Positions 1-11,700 of a stretch of DNA of 64,000 bases are shown piece by piece. Source of the DNA: Dreissena polymorpha (lineage: Eukaryota); NCBI RefSeq assembly GCF_020536995.1, contig NC_068355.1:63280738-63344737 (forward strand), written 5' to 3'. The position numbers and the translations under genes are program-made. Below the pieces are notes generated by a model. That model was not told the DNA's origin. It searched no databases and saw nothing but the letters and a program-made list of their open reading frames with translations. How positions within the stretch are numbered: position 1 is the stretch's first letter; each line of letters begins with the position of its first letter.

Positions 1-1450
1 CGGTGGGTTCCTAGGAGCTAGCCTGTTGAGAAGCTCATGGAAGTGCTCAATCCACCTCTTCTTCTGCCCTTCGTCATCTGTAAGTGCTCCTCTATATTTG
101 TCTCTTACTGGCCTCTTTGGCTTTGCAAACTTTCCTGCTTATATCTTGGTGATTGAGTTCAGATCCTTTGTTCTATTGGTAGGCTGCCTTTTTCGCCTCT
201 GTTGCAAGCGTCCGTAGGAAGTTCTGCTTGTCTACTCTAATACTTCGCTTGACTCTACTATTTGCTTCGGTGTACTCTTTTTGTACTTTCACTTTCGGGG
301 CTCGTGTGCAGCTGTTGTTGACATTTGCCTTCTTTCGCGTCCTTTTTAAACATTTTCTAAGGCGTCTCATCTGATATCCGCTCTTTGTGGGTGTAAGACT
401 TGGAGCCCAGTACTTTTTGGCATGTTGAAGTTACTGCTACTTTCACTGTCTGCCACGTCCGACTCTTCTTCGAGCAGATCCTACAGGACATGGAACTTGT
501 TTGAGATAGTGACCTTACTTTCTTGTACTTAGATTCTTATACATTCTCTGTACTTATTATTTAAACTTGTATGTTCATCAATTGAGAGTTCTGCAGCTTA
601 TACTGAACTTTTACAGACCATTTTCTGACAAGCTGCATTTTACTCCTTTATGTATGTTGAATTGGCAATGTGTATTAATGTTACTACAAGATTGGTGGTT
701 TCGCCAAATAATATTGTATATAATGAGAGGTGTCTTTCATTGAAGCATTGTTGTAACGTTGGTGTTGGCTTGGATCCCTGTTCAACTCTTCTTCAGCTTC
801 AGTTTCAATCGAGTAACACGGAGATAATGGTCCGAAGCCACGTCTGCTTCTCGCTTGACACGTACATCCTGAAGATAACGACGAAACTCCCTTACGATGC
901 ACAGGTGGTCGACTGGTCTGATGACACCCAAGTTGCCTTGTGTATCCATCTGTAATGGAAAACACTTCCTGCGATGACCAGGCTACTCATGGCGCACAGG
1001 TTTCGAATCTCTCCCCGTTGTCGTTCTTCTCGCCTAACCATTGCTTACCCACGATCTTCTCATATCCTCGGTTGCATTGCCGACTCACCCATTATAATAA
1101 TGTTATTTCTCTTTGGTCTCTGTCTTATATGTTAGTTGACAATCTATTGTAAAAGTTATCCTTCTTGTTCTCTTCACTGTCTTTCGTCGGGGCGAAGCAC
1201 TTGATTATGTCCACGTTGATGTCCTTCTTTGTAAGGAAAGAGACCGCCATGATCCATGGTCCGTGCGAATTCCACCCGATGAGCGCTCTTTGTGCTAATT
1301 TGGAAAGCAAATGGCTACTCCCTAGGTGTGTGCTGCATCCTCCTGCTCATGTCCCGAGAACAACAGTTACTCACCGGAAATCAGTCGCTTCTGCCAAGAG
1401 CCAGTCTTGATTCACTGATCACTAGTATGGTGTGGTTGAACTTCCTCATC
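1..1450 (-). mobile_element. Non-LTR retrotransposon (LINE) fragment covering the endonuclease domain and the EN-RT linker. The RT continues beyond the window start.
   Basis: Minus-strand translations carry apurinic-endonuclease-like LINE motifs. 1310-1125 reads ...IIKCFAPTKDSEENKKDNFYNRL. Around 960-780 the frame reads RGADVASDHYLRVTRLKLKLKK, the SDHxLV C-terminal EN motif. 370-173 reads ...IRVDKQNFLRTLATEAKKAA, a typical post-EN linker. The frames are broken. Confidence 0.7.
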
Positions 1451-1683
1451 CCTGTGGCATATTGTGGGTTTCAATTAGGCTTCAACAGGGTAGGATAGCT
1501 AGCCCTACGCCAAACCCTCCTCCTTTTTCAGCTCGGGCTTGGGACCGTCCTTGGTGGAGTCACCATAACTGATACTATCAGAATATATGAGTAGACCTCG
1601 TAGTCGTCATTTCTTGCTGCAAAGCAATATAACTCGACCAACAAGTAATTCACACGAACGAAAGATATGCTGAACACAAATAA

Positions 1684-2150
1684 AACTTAAAGGGGCCTTT
1701 TCGAAGATTTTCGCATGCATTTAAGTTTGTCATTAAATGCTTTATATTGAAAATGTAAACATTGGATGTAAAATGCTCCAGTAAAAAACAAACAATACAG
1801 TTAAAAAAAGTAACCCTCAACTGGGTTCGAACCACTGACCCCTGGAGTCCTGGAATAAAAGTCTAACGGTAAGACCTATCGGCCATCCGCGCCCTAACAA
1901 TGAGAGTTGTATTGTAAACTTTATATTCGCAATCATCGTAGTTTCACAGAATATGACGACAGCAACAAAACTCTCAAAATTATTAAGTCGTTTCGCGTTG
2001 CAACGCTATATAATTTTCAGATTTTTTAAATCGTCAAAAGATGCATTACTATATAATGGATATTTTAGAGCATGGTAAATGTACAGTATTACTGTCTCCT
2101 CACAAATATCATAACTAAAACGAAAATTTGCGAATCTGATTTTTTTTGTC
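1684..2150 (-). repeat. Left arm of a long inverted repeat. It contains a tRNA-like segment at about 1815-1895.
   Basis: The reverse complement of 1684-2150 aligns along roughly 470 bp with 3290-3775 at an estimated 80-85% identity. The shared string ccaggactccaggggtcagtgRttcgaacccagttg is present in both arms. Confidence 0.7.
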
Positions 2151-3289
2151 AATTGACCATAACGGGCTTGAAAAGGCACATTAAAGGGGCCTTTTCACGT
2201 TTTGGTAATTTGACAAAATTTAAGCAAGTAATATCTTAAAAAAATATATACGGCGTAGATAGTTCAATGAATGTGATCAAGGATTGCAAATGTCTTTTTC
2301 TGTGCAGTTCTTAGCTGCATCACATGCAGTACGGGATTTTACGCGGAGTTTTCGCGGCTTGTTTTACATTATTACATATTGCTGGTCATAAACCTATAGA
2401 TTCAAAACAGAAAACTAAAAGAAAAATGGAAGTGAAATTAAAACATATGAGTCAACCGGCCACACGCGAAGTATCCGTATTTATAGGCGCGTTCTACGAA
2501 AAAGCCTGTTTTTGTGGTTTGTCGGGCATTGCTTTTTGATTCGATTATTAACAGTATCGAATATCATCGCGCTCATGCTTAATACATCAGTCAATATGGT
2601 GGAGTAAATATTGTTAAATTAATCAAAAATAATATTTTTCATTGTATTGTTGAAAACACATTAAGAATCTCTTATTGACATACCATAATTATATTGCTGA
2701 ATATCTTCATTTAACATTTTTCTGGTCTAAAGAAAATTCCAGGTCACCTAGTTCACGGATAGCGTCTTTATTATATAACAAGTATTTTTCTGGCCGCAAA
2801 CTCCGGTGATGACCTGTATATAAACTCTGACATTCACACACTGGCCGCGAAGGGAATACCCGATACCTCGCGGGTTGAAATGCAATGCATTAAAGTGAGG
2901 CGCTCGCTTCCACTGCTCTTTATCCTTTTACATGTGAACATGTTGACAGGAATATGGAAGTAAGTACTAAATATGAGAACGTAGCCTTTAAGTATAAACG
3001 CTTTTGCCCTGGCAATCCTCCGAAAATAAAAGGTGCACGCACAAACTGTATTGATGTCGAGAATTGAGTGTAAAACTGTTCTATCTATTAAGCCTTTTCA
3101 GAAAAGATAAAACTGTTTCATGCAGTAAAACAGTGTTACAAAGACGCGGATATGTTTCCAATGTTCTGGTGGTATACTCCAATCAGCCAATGGAATAAAT
3201 AAAGTGTATTCATTCGTACCTAGCCGCGGGAAATTTTATTTGAATTTTATTGGTCACTTACAAAGGTCAGGTAAGGTGAAAATCTGGCT

Positions 3290-3775
3290 TAATACAGCTA
3301 CGCCGAAAAAGTTGTTTCAGATTCGCAAATTTTCGTTTAGTAATGATCTGTGAGGAAACAGTAATACTGAACATTTACCAAGCTCTAAAATAGCCAATAG
3401 ATGCATCTGTTGATGATTTAAAAACCTTAAAATTATAAAGCGTTGCAAGGCGAAACGATTAAATAATTTGGAGAGTTCTGTTGTTGTCGTTATAGTTTGT
3501 GAAATTACGCGGATAGCTTATATAAAGTATAAAAAAACTTTCTACATTGCGTGAGCGCGTATGGCTGAGAGGTCTAAATGGATTGTACTTTTACTCCAGG
3601 ACTCCAGGGGTCAGTGATTCGAACCCAGTTGTGAGTTACTTTTTTTTCTTTTTTAAATTTTGTCCTCGATTTTCCACTGGAGCTTTTTATTTCCAATTTT
3701 AACAATTATCAATATAAAGAATTTAATTATAATATTCAAAACATGCAAAAATCTGTGAAAAGGCCCCTTTAGATG
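3290..3775 (+). repeat. Right arm of the long inverted repeat. Its tRNA-like segment lies at about 3555-3640.
   Basis: Direct alignment to the reverse complement of 1684-2150. The GCCGAGTGGT-like D-arm and GGTTCGAACC T-loop-like motifs resemble a tRNA-Ser/Leu-derived SINE head. Confidence 0.7.
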
Positions 3776-5999
3776 TATCCCAATTGCACTTATATATCCC
3801 TATTATATTTTGGTGAATTGTTGCCGTTCCAAACCGATTTGCGACACAGGAGACAATTCTGATGTAGCTGGCAATATTAAATATTGAAAACCCGTAATAA
3901 CTCTACACGTAAGTTTCGGACACTCTAAGGTTTCGGACACCCTCTTTTTCGCAAAAATAATTATTTTTGTGACTCTTAATTTTCGGACATACTGGTTTTC
4001 GTCCATAATTGTGTCTCTAAATTTTCGGACAATATATTTTGCAGCGCTATTCAAAATACTTTGACCCTGTTTTCGCCTAACGTGTGAAACTTCGAGCATG
4101 GATTTTTACAACCAAATTAAGGTCATAAAACCTGGCAGATGCATGCCTGAGGGCAATCGACCATTACATTAGAGCAATTGGGTAACTATCCATGTATACC
4201 GGTAGAAAACAATGGATTCCCACAAAAGCATTTGGAACAGTGTCGTCCTAAGCAGAATATTTATGTTTTTACTTTTTTTTTTTTTTTCATATCAGGAAAG
4301 AGTAAGCAAAACTGTGATATTTGTTTATTTCAAAGCAGAAAAAGAAGAGTAAATCACAATACAATTATTGTACATTGATTTATTTGTTTTATAGCAATAT
4401 AATTATAATTTGCGGGCACCTTTATTTTTGTCTCATAATTTTCGGACACCTGTAATTTTTGAATATTTTTCGTATTTAAAAGTTCGACTTTTTAAAGTAA
4501 TAACCTATGACGAAATGTATAAAATATCCGACTATTACGAGTAAGAATTGCGATGAAAATGCAAAATGCTTCCCACATTGTCTTTATATGTCTATATCTA
4601 TATTGAAAAACTGTCGTTAATTATTGAATGGCATTATTTATGTATTTTGTACATGTATAATGTTTAGCAACCTCGCTTACTCACAAATAAAGTACTTGTC
4701 ATACTAACGTATATATCTTGAGTATCTTTTCTGGGTTCAAATAAATATCTATCAATTAACACTTATAGGTCGATCTTTGATTAATTTATGAAAAAAGCCA
4801 AACTGTCTTTGACTCATTTAAATACTTAAAAGCTATGTTAAACTGATATAAAGAAATATCAAAGCCAAAGATTTCGACTTGCATACATAAACTTTTGCAC
4901 GTTAACATACATACTTTGTAATGCACATCAACCGTGCTCTTATTTCAAGGTGACTCAAAGGTGAGATGGGCGAAGTGTACTCATGTGCTTTATTCTCATG
5001 TATATATGATTTTGCATAAATCACTATAAAAACTATACTAAACAAATTACTTACTAACAATAATGTGTTAATAAGGTCCAAGTTCAAATTTTACGAGATA
5101 TTTATTTGTAATGAAACTTACGGTTTGTCTTTGACGGTGTTATAATTGTGTCTACGCATGCTAAACAAAATGATCGTGCTTGAATATGATTATCGGTAAA
5201 TACTTCAATGTATATAATGGGTTGTAGGTTAACACTGGTATAACAGATATATATAGAGATGATAGAATAACACAAGCATGTGCAAATGCACAGTCCCACA
5301 TTATCCATAAGGCTGAGTAGGCAACTCATCGAATTTAAGGGGTCACATGAGACCTTGGCAATTTTTTTTACTAAAATTTACTTACTTGACAAAGCCAATC
5401 AGTTTATATCAATGGTATGGTGCGATTAAAGATTGAATATTGTGTTACCAGGTGGCAATAATGCTGTTGATTTTTTAAGATGTCCATTAGGGGCTCAGAC
5501 TGGAGTAGATTTCAACACACTGCTCTATCACACAGGGCTTGATCCACGGTGCTAAACCCTGCACTGTAAATGTTATGCATTGCGTCTATCAATCAATTAT
5601 ATAAACAAAGCACGTTCTTTTTGCAATATTGTGGGGTATTGTGTGTGGGACAAAATCCAATTTAGGGTATACAAAACCCATATACGCGGGAGCAGACGGA
5701 TAGATCTTATAATATCAACAAACCGGGCTCTTTCAGAGCAAATGTCGGTCTGTCAAGAAACATTTATTTATAGATCTTTGATTAAAGTATGTATTACAAT
5801 TCATCATACCGGTATTAACCGATATTATAGTTCGATTAATATAGCATAAAAACACAGGAGAGAAGCCCATAGTCTTATTATTTTTTATATATGCTATAAT
5901 AGATACAGTTTCTATTAATTATAGCATATCTATCTATCTCTATCTTTCAATACTGCCGGACTCCCCTCGCGGGCAGGTGCGCGTGTCAGTGCAAGATAA

Positions 6000-8900
6000 A
6001 AGGGGTTTAAAAGCATTGAAAAGGAGACTTCAAAGCATGAAAGTGAGGTGAAGATAAACGTGTGATAGTGTTAAACAAGAAGAAACATATTTATAGGTAA
6101 AAGTTGTTAAAAGCACTGTTTTGTGCATTCAGGGACGACTGGGGAGTAGAGTGGTGCTAAGGCAACGCTTAAACCCCTCTAGGTCTGTCTGCTGTATAAT
6201 TGAGGCAGGTAGGCTGTTCCAAAGAACTACGGTGTAAGGAAAGAATGAGAATTTGAAGTAGTTGGCTGATGTATGTATTTGTCTGAATGAGAGTGGGTGC
6301 ATATGACGAGTCATCCTCATAGGCCTCTCAGGATATGATGGCGGCGGAATGGCTACCAAGTCAAACACAACCTTGCAAAACATAGTCAATCGGGAGAGGT
6401 CACGGCGGTACTTTAAAGTCTGCCAGCCAAGTTAAGATTGCATACCGGTGATACTGCTGTAAATGAGTAGTTGTTTTTCACCCCTCGGACTGCTCTTCGC
6501 TGTACTTTTTCTATTTTGTCAGTATTATATTTGATATGTGGGCGCCAGACAGAAGGAAGCATATTCTACCTGAGGTCTAACTAAGGTCTTATAGGCTACT
6601 TCTCTGATGTTTTCATTTTTAGTCTGTATATTCCTGCGGATGAGACAAAGAGATTTATTAGCATCTGTTGTAATATTGGTAATATGTTCGTTCAAAGAAA
6701 TATCATCTGAAATAGAAACACCTAAATATTTAGCACTGTCTACGACTTCGCGAATTTGTCCATGTAGCCTATAATTGAAGATGAATTTATGTTTTTTCTT
6801 AGATATAATAAGGACGACACATTTACTAGGGTTGAACTCAATGCCCCACAGGTTTTCCCAATGTACTAACTTGTCTAATCAATTTTGAAGAAAGGCGCAG
6901 TCTTGCAAGTTGTTAATAGCCAAGTATACAGCAGTGTCATCTGCAAACAAGCGGACTTGAGAAGAGATAGAATTAGGGACTTTAGTACTAAGCCTTGTGG
7001 CACGCCCGATGTTACAGGGACTCCTGATGAGCATTCTCCCTCCAGTACAACTGTTTGCGATCTACCAATGAAAAAAAAACTTGATCCAGGAAACTGTCGA
7101 TTTGTTAACTCCATGTTGCTGTAATTTAAAAAGTAATTTAAGGTGGCTGACTTTATCGAAAGCTTTGCTGAAGTCTAGAAGAATAAGATCTGTTTGCTGA
7201 CCATTTACAAGATTGCGAGCCAGCTTGTCGAAAAGTTTAATAAAGTGAGTTTCGCAGGATCGTCGTTCCCTGAAACCATGTTGAAGATCATACAAAATGT
7301 TATGTTTGTTAAAATGTGCTGTGAGGTTGGAAGCTACAATATGTTCTAAAACTTTACAAAGAATATATGTTAATGAGATAGGTTTATAGTTGGCTGGATC
7401 TTGTTTATTTCCTTTTTTTGAACAGTGGTACGACATTTGCAGTGGTCCAAATCTTTGGTAAAATACCTGTGTCACGAGATTTTTTGAAAGAGAAGAGATA
7501 GTACAGGTGAGATTTGATGACGAAGATTTTGAAGGACTAGTTGCCTGATGTTGTCTGGACCCGCAGCTTTGTGGGGTTTGAGGTTGGAAAGGAGCTGCAG
7601 AACGCCGAGATAGTAATTTCTGGCATGATAGGGTGTCTGCTACTTGAAGAAGAATGAACATTAGAATTTTCGGGGGCTGAAAAGCAAGATTGAGATAGAG
7701 TTAGAGGGGACATGGGGCTTAAAACTGACTGAAATTCATGATATTGGCTTTGTCTTTATTTGAAGATTTTGTTGTACCTGAAATTTTATCGTATAATGTC
7801 GAAATACCGCATGCATCTTGTTTGGCGCTCTTGATTAGACTGAAAAGTTTTTGGAGTTTAATTTTGAACTGGATTCAACTGTTTCTCAATTTTGGTCTTG
7901 TATGCCTAAAATATATATCCAATGTAATTATTATATGAAAATGTGATGGTCTTGTTGATCTGGTGTTTTAGATTTAAATTTTTAGATTAATTTTTGTTGT
8001 TTCATTCTTTCTTCATTTTGATGTAGAGTTTATCCCTTTTCCTCAATAAGCGTTTGATGGGCTGTGTTATCCATGGTAGGGAGACTTTTGGACCTATTCT
8101 TTTTATGTGAACGTTATCTGAAATTCCTGTGAATATAGCATTACATAATTTCTCCCAGATGAATTCCACTGATGCTGTTGAATAATATGACAAAATATCA
8201 TTAGACACACCCTCCATGCACTCTTTGAATCCATCTCAGTATATTTTCTTATATTTATGTTTTTGATGCATTTGTGTCGATTTAACACTGGCTGTGAAGG
8301 AAACAAGTTCGTGGTTTGAGATACCTGGAAAACAAGAAATATCATTTATTAGTGTGTGATTAGTAGTGAGAAAAAACCTCTTGTACTAACAGTAACCATT
8401 TGGGTCAGCCCAAATTCTGAAAGTAAGTAAATGAAATCATCATAAAGATTAATAAAATTACAATTGGGTTTAATAGATGGAACATGATCTGTACTCCATT
8501 AGAATTTTGGGTAGTTGAAGTCACCTAGGATCCAGAGATTTCTTTTTAATTTACTTGCAAGATCTAAAGATTTTTCTAAATTCCAATGCGCTGTTGGTAT
8601 CTGCTGCTTAAAGTCTGTAATAAGCTGCAATGTATAAAGGTTAACATGTTTCAAAAAGCTATTTCACCCAAATGATCTCGCAATCTGTTTTGAGTTGTTT
8701 TTGCTCAGATGCGATGATTGAATTTTTGACGAGGATAAATACTCCGCCTCCTTTACTTGATGTGTCTTGCCTGAAAGAGGAATAACCTAAACCTTGTGGA
8801 AAAAATTCACTATCTTTATGATCGTTATGTAGCCAGGACTCTGTTCCTACGACAATATCTGGTCGGTGGTGATCAAGTAATGCTATAAATCAAGGCTTTT

Positions 8901-9200
8901 TGTTCACTATGAATTGACAATTTACTAGGATAAGCTTTAATTTAGGATACTGTTTATCATATGACGCTTGGCGTTATGTTTAAGCTGGCGTACTTTGTCG
9001 TCTTGAGTCGGGTGAGTCAGTGCGAAGGTCACTCAAAGTGGAAAAGCTATTTTGCAATTTCAGGGAATCCATGGACAAAGATGAGTTGGTAGAAAAATTT
9101 ACCGCATCACAAATCGAGCACGCGTCACAGGCAACTAGATGATCATTTGAAGTTTGACTGATGTCCAGTGGCAGCTGATGTGAAACCAATTTATACAGGA
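6000..9200 (-). mobile_element. Degraded LINE copy with EN and RT domains, frameshifted.
   Basis: Minus-strand ORFs follow the LINE order from high to low coordinate. About 8880-8400 reads LLDHHRPDIVVGTESWL...FRQD.SSKGGGVFILV, an EN domain. 8217-8002 reads ...LPWITQPIKRLLRKRDKLY. 7661-7062 reads YKPISLTYILCKVLEHIV...QHGFRERRSCETHFI...LLDFSKAFDKVSH, RT motifs 1-3. 7114-6875 reads GVPQGLVL. 6389-6129 reads ...LWNSLP... at the C-terminus. Several frame breaks are present. Confidence 0.85.
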
Positions 9201-10338
9201 GTCACATTCAATGGCTGGTTCATTATCTTCTTTTTGACATCGGGAGACATGGACATAAGTAAAATACATAAATAAAATAATGACATGTTACGTGATGGTT
9301 TGACAGGTGGGGTAGGACCGCAGCGGCGCATGCTTTCCAAAAGACAAGTGCAGGCGACTGTTCTGGCTGGACGTAAGCTATTGCCTGTTCACTCAAAAAA
9401 GGAATACTGTGTCAGCCTCAGCCTGTGGAAACAACCTCAGACAGAAGACTGTAATAAATACTGTTAACAAAATACCTGAAAACATTATGTGCAGGGAAAT
9501 TGTTGTTGTTGTTGAAATGTACACAAACAAAATGATACAAAGTATATAAAAATAATACTATGGGCTTCCCTCTTGTGTAAGAAACCACGCCTTTACGAAA
9601 TAATAATTAATTTGGACGTTTAAACCGACTGTTTGTCAGGCAACGAACCCCAAATGCAATCGTCGTGTCCAAGTGGTGATGGAGGTTTCCTCACAATGCA
9701 GTTTCGTCACACTGATTTTATGAAGGAGGGCAGTGGAGTTTTCGTCACACTGCTATATTGTATTGAAAAAAATGATATTGTGCATGCGTTAAAATGATCA
9801 ATCTACTTGCGTTATTAATCTTGTTCACATCGCGAAATTGTATTACCGAATATACTGGAAATATGAACTTTTTCGAAGTAATGTAATATACCAGTCGTGA
9901 GAATTTAACCAATATAAACTATTAACTGTAAAATAATACGGTCTTTTACAACTTTTCTTTTTTCGTCAATCGCGGTTGACAGTCCCTTTAACACTTGCAT
10001 AACACTTTGAATATTATCCTTTATTCTACCATAATATCAACTTTCTCTTGTCGCGTAATATATGAATTAAACACATACTCGTGGAGCAAATAAAAACACG
10101 TCTACACCCTATCGACAACCAATTTACAATCATAAGATATTTCAATTATTGATGACTTGATATTGCAAACATATTAATTAGTGCGTTGCAAACAATCAAT
10201 TAGCGGCACACGCCTTTAATTGCCAATTAAACGAGTTGGCTTAAATTGGCAGCGTGGATTATACAAACTGTGTGCATTTATACATATAGAGTAAATAGCG
10301 TCTGTTAAACAAGAGTATATAACAGGGGAGTTGTTTAA

Positions 10339-10833
10339 TTGCAACAACAAATCCAATCATGGCTTCAGAATATCCATGCGTACACTATGAATGGAACGTT
10401 AATGACGATGATCGCGCAATATCGTGTGATCAATGCGCAAAAATCGCAACATCTGTCTTGTGACACAGGAATCATTCTAAGACAGTATCGCAAAATGATG
10501 AAGGGTGCTGTAGTCGAATGGAAATGTCGCATATGCAGCCGACCAGCAGAAGTCCTACCGGAGGTACCAATGGAAACCGCCGACATAGCAGAGGAGTCGG
10601 AACTCACAGCAGAAGTCCTACCGGAGGTACCGATGGAAACCGCCGACATATCAGAGGAGTCGAAACTCACGATACCTGAGATATCGGAGAGTCAAGATAG
10701 CTCATACATGTCAGAACTCTCGAGACACAATAAGAGACCAAGTAGAAGATCGGTCATTTTATATAACTGGCCGGAACATCGAAGCACCGATCGTGCCACT
10801 GGACCAATCAATACCGGAGCGTCCTCTAGGTGA
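10339..10833 (+). CDS. Uncharacterised ORF or exon with an internal 63-bp perfect-ish tandem duplication encoding AEVLPEVPMETADI(A/S)EES(E/K)LT twice. It may be the 5' exon of the MULE-like gene downstream.
   Basis: 164-aa ORF. The direct repeat lies at 10545-10607 versus 10608-10670. No recognisable domain. Confidence 0.25.
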   Translation: MQQQIQSWLQNIHAYTMNGTLMTMIAQYRVINAQKSQHLSCDTGIILRQYRKMMKGAVVEWKCRICSRPAEVLPEVPMETADIAEESELTAEVLPEVPMETADISEESKLTIPEISESQDSSYMSELSRHNKRPSRRSVILYNWPEHRSTDRATGPINTGASSR

Positions 10834-11116
10834 AGTAATAAGTGGGGGAAGTAAGATAGGCGGCAACAAGCTGATAAGCAGTGTTGGATAAACATCCACT
10901 GCTAGGGCACGTACATTATAAATAATAATGATGTTAATATTATGTATATATAATAATTATTTAAGATAATAATAATTCAAAATAATAATAATTTAAAATA
11001 ATAATAATCATTCAAAATAATAATAATTCAAAATAATAATAATAATTCGTAATAATAAAAAATAAATAATAATAATAATAATTTCTCGTATTATTTCAGC
11101 GTATTTTGCGAAGCAG

Positions 11117-11700
11117 GTGAAGGCTCTTGCAGAGGTTATGTACGGGTCTAAAAAGAATGTGTTCCAACCGGCAGCAAGCATAGTGGAAGACGACGTCAAC
11201 CTACCGCAACCGGCGAACCTCATCAGGGCTGCTAACCTCTACAGACAAAACATGCAACCAAAAGACCCAACCGATTTGAACTTTGATGTTATACTAATAA
11301 TAATTTATGAAGATGATAACGACCGCCATTGATATTCAATAATTGATAATTATATATAATATATTGTAAGATATATTGCAGCTCGATATCGACTTCATCG
11401 GCGTAGACTTCTTGGTGGATGACGTGCGTGTGGAACTCGCGCAACTTAAAGAAGCCCGTAGATGGATCACTGACGGAACTTTTAAGGTGGTAAAAAGTCC
11501 CTTCTACCAGCTCTTCACAATCCACACCTTCGTAAAAAAGCGAGGAAACTAAACAAGTACCCCTGGTGTATGTGTTCTGATGTCGAGGAGATCAAAGGAG
11601 GATTACATCCACGTGCTCACACGCATCAACCAACGTATTGAAAACCCGCAGGTGGGTTGGTTCATGTTGGACTTTGAAGCAGGTAAATTAACAAAACAGT
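11117..11700 (+). pseudogene. Mutator-like (MULE) DDE transposase fragment. It carries an in-frame stop and is probably split by short introns.
   Basis: Single + frame across 11380-11690 reads LDIDFIGVDFLVDDVRVELAQLKEARRWITDGTFKVVKSPFYQLFTIHTFVKKRGN*TSTPGVCVLMSRRSKEDYIHVLTRINQRIENPQVGWFMLDFEAG. This fits the MULE domain pattern D-G/A-T-F/Y-K ... pl.tl.gv ... vPla.al.s.E..esy.w.l ... i.tD.d.g. A gtaaat donor follows. The upstream ORF 11117-11332 is on the same strand. Confidence 0.5.

Larger units (their letters stand above)
1684..3775. mobile_element. Candidate foldback or long-TIR element. The arms are about 480 bp and flank roughly 1.1 kb.
   Basis: Two inverted arms bracket an AT-rich core. 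No recognisable transposase ORF is present. The structure alone suggests a non-autonomous foldback or MITE-like element. Confidence 0.35.

Noticed and set aside
1815-1895. Bona fide tRNA genes at 1815-1895 (-) and 3555-3640 (+)
   Set aside because: T-loop-like and D-arm-like motifs exist, but the acceptor and anticodon stems do not fold cleanly. The segments are embedded in ~480-bp inverted-repeat arms and a related copy heads a repeat element at 30030. I treat them as tRNA-derived SINE modules. tRNAscan-SE could overturn this.
7062-7661. 199-aa minus-strand ORF as a host gene
   Set aside because: It carries canonical LINE reverse-transcriptase motifs (YKPISL, QHGFRERRSC, LLDFSKAFDKV) and is flanked by EN and C-terminal LINE fragments in shifted frames. 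It is part of a decayed retrotransposon.
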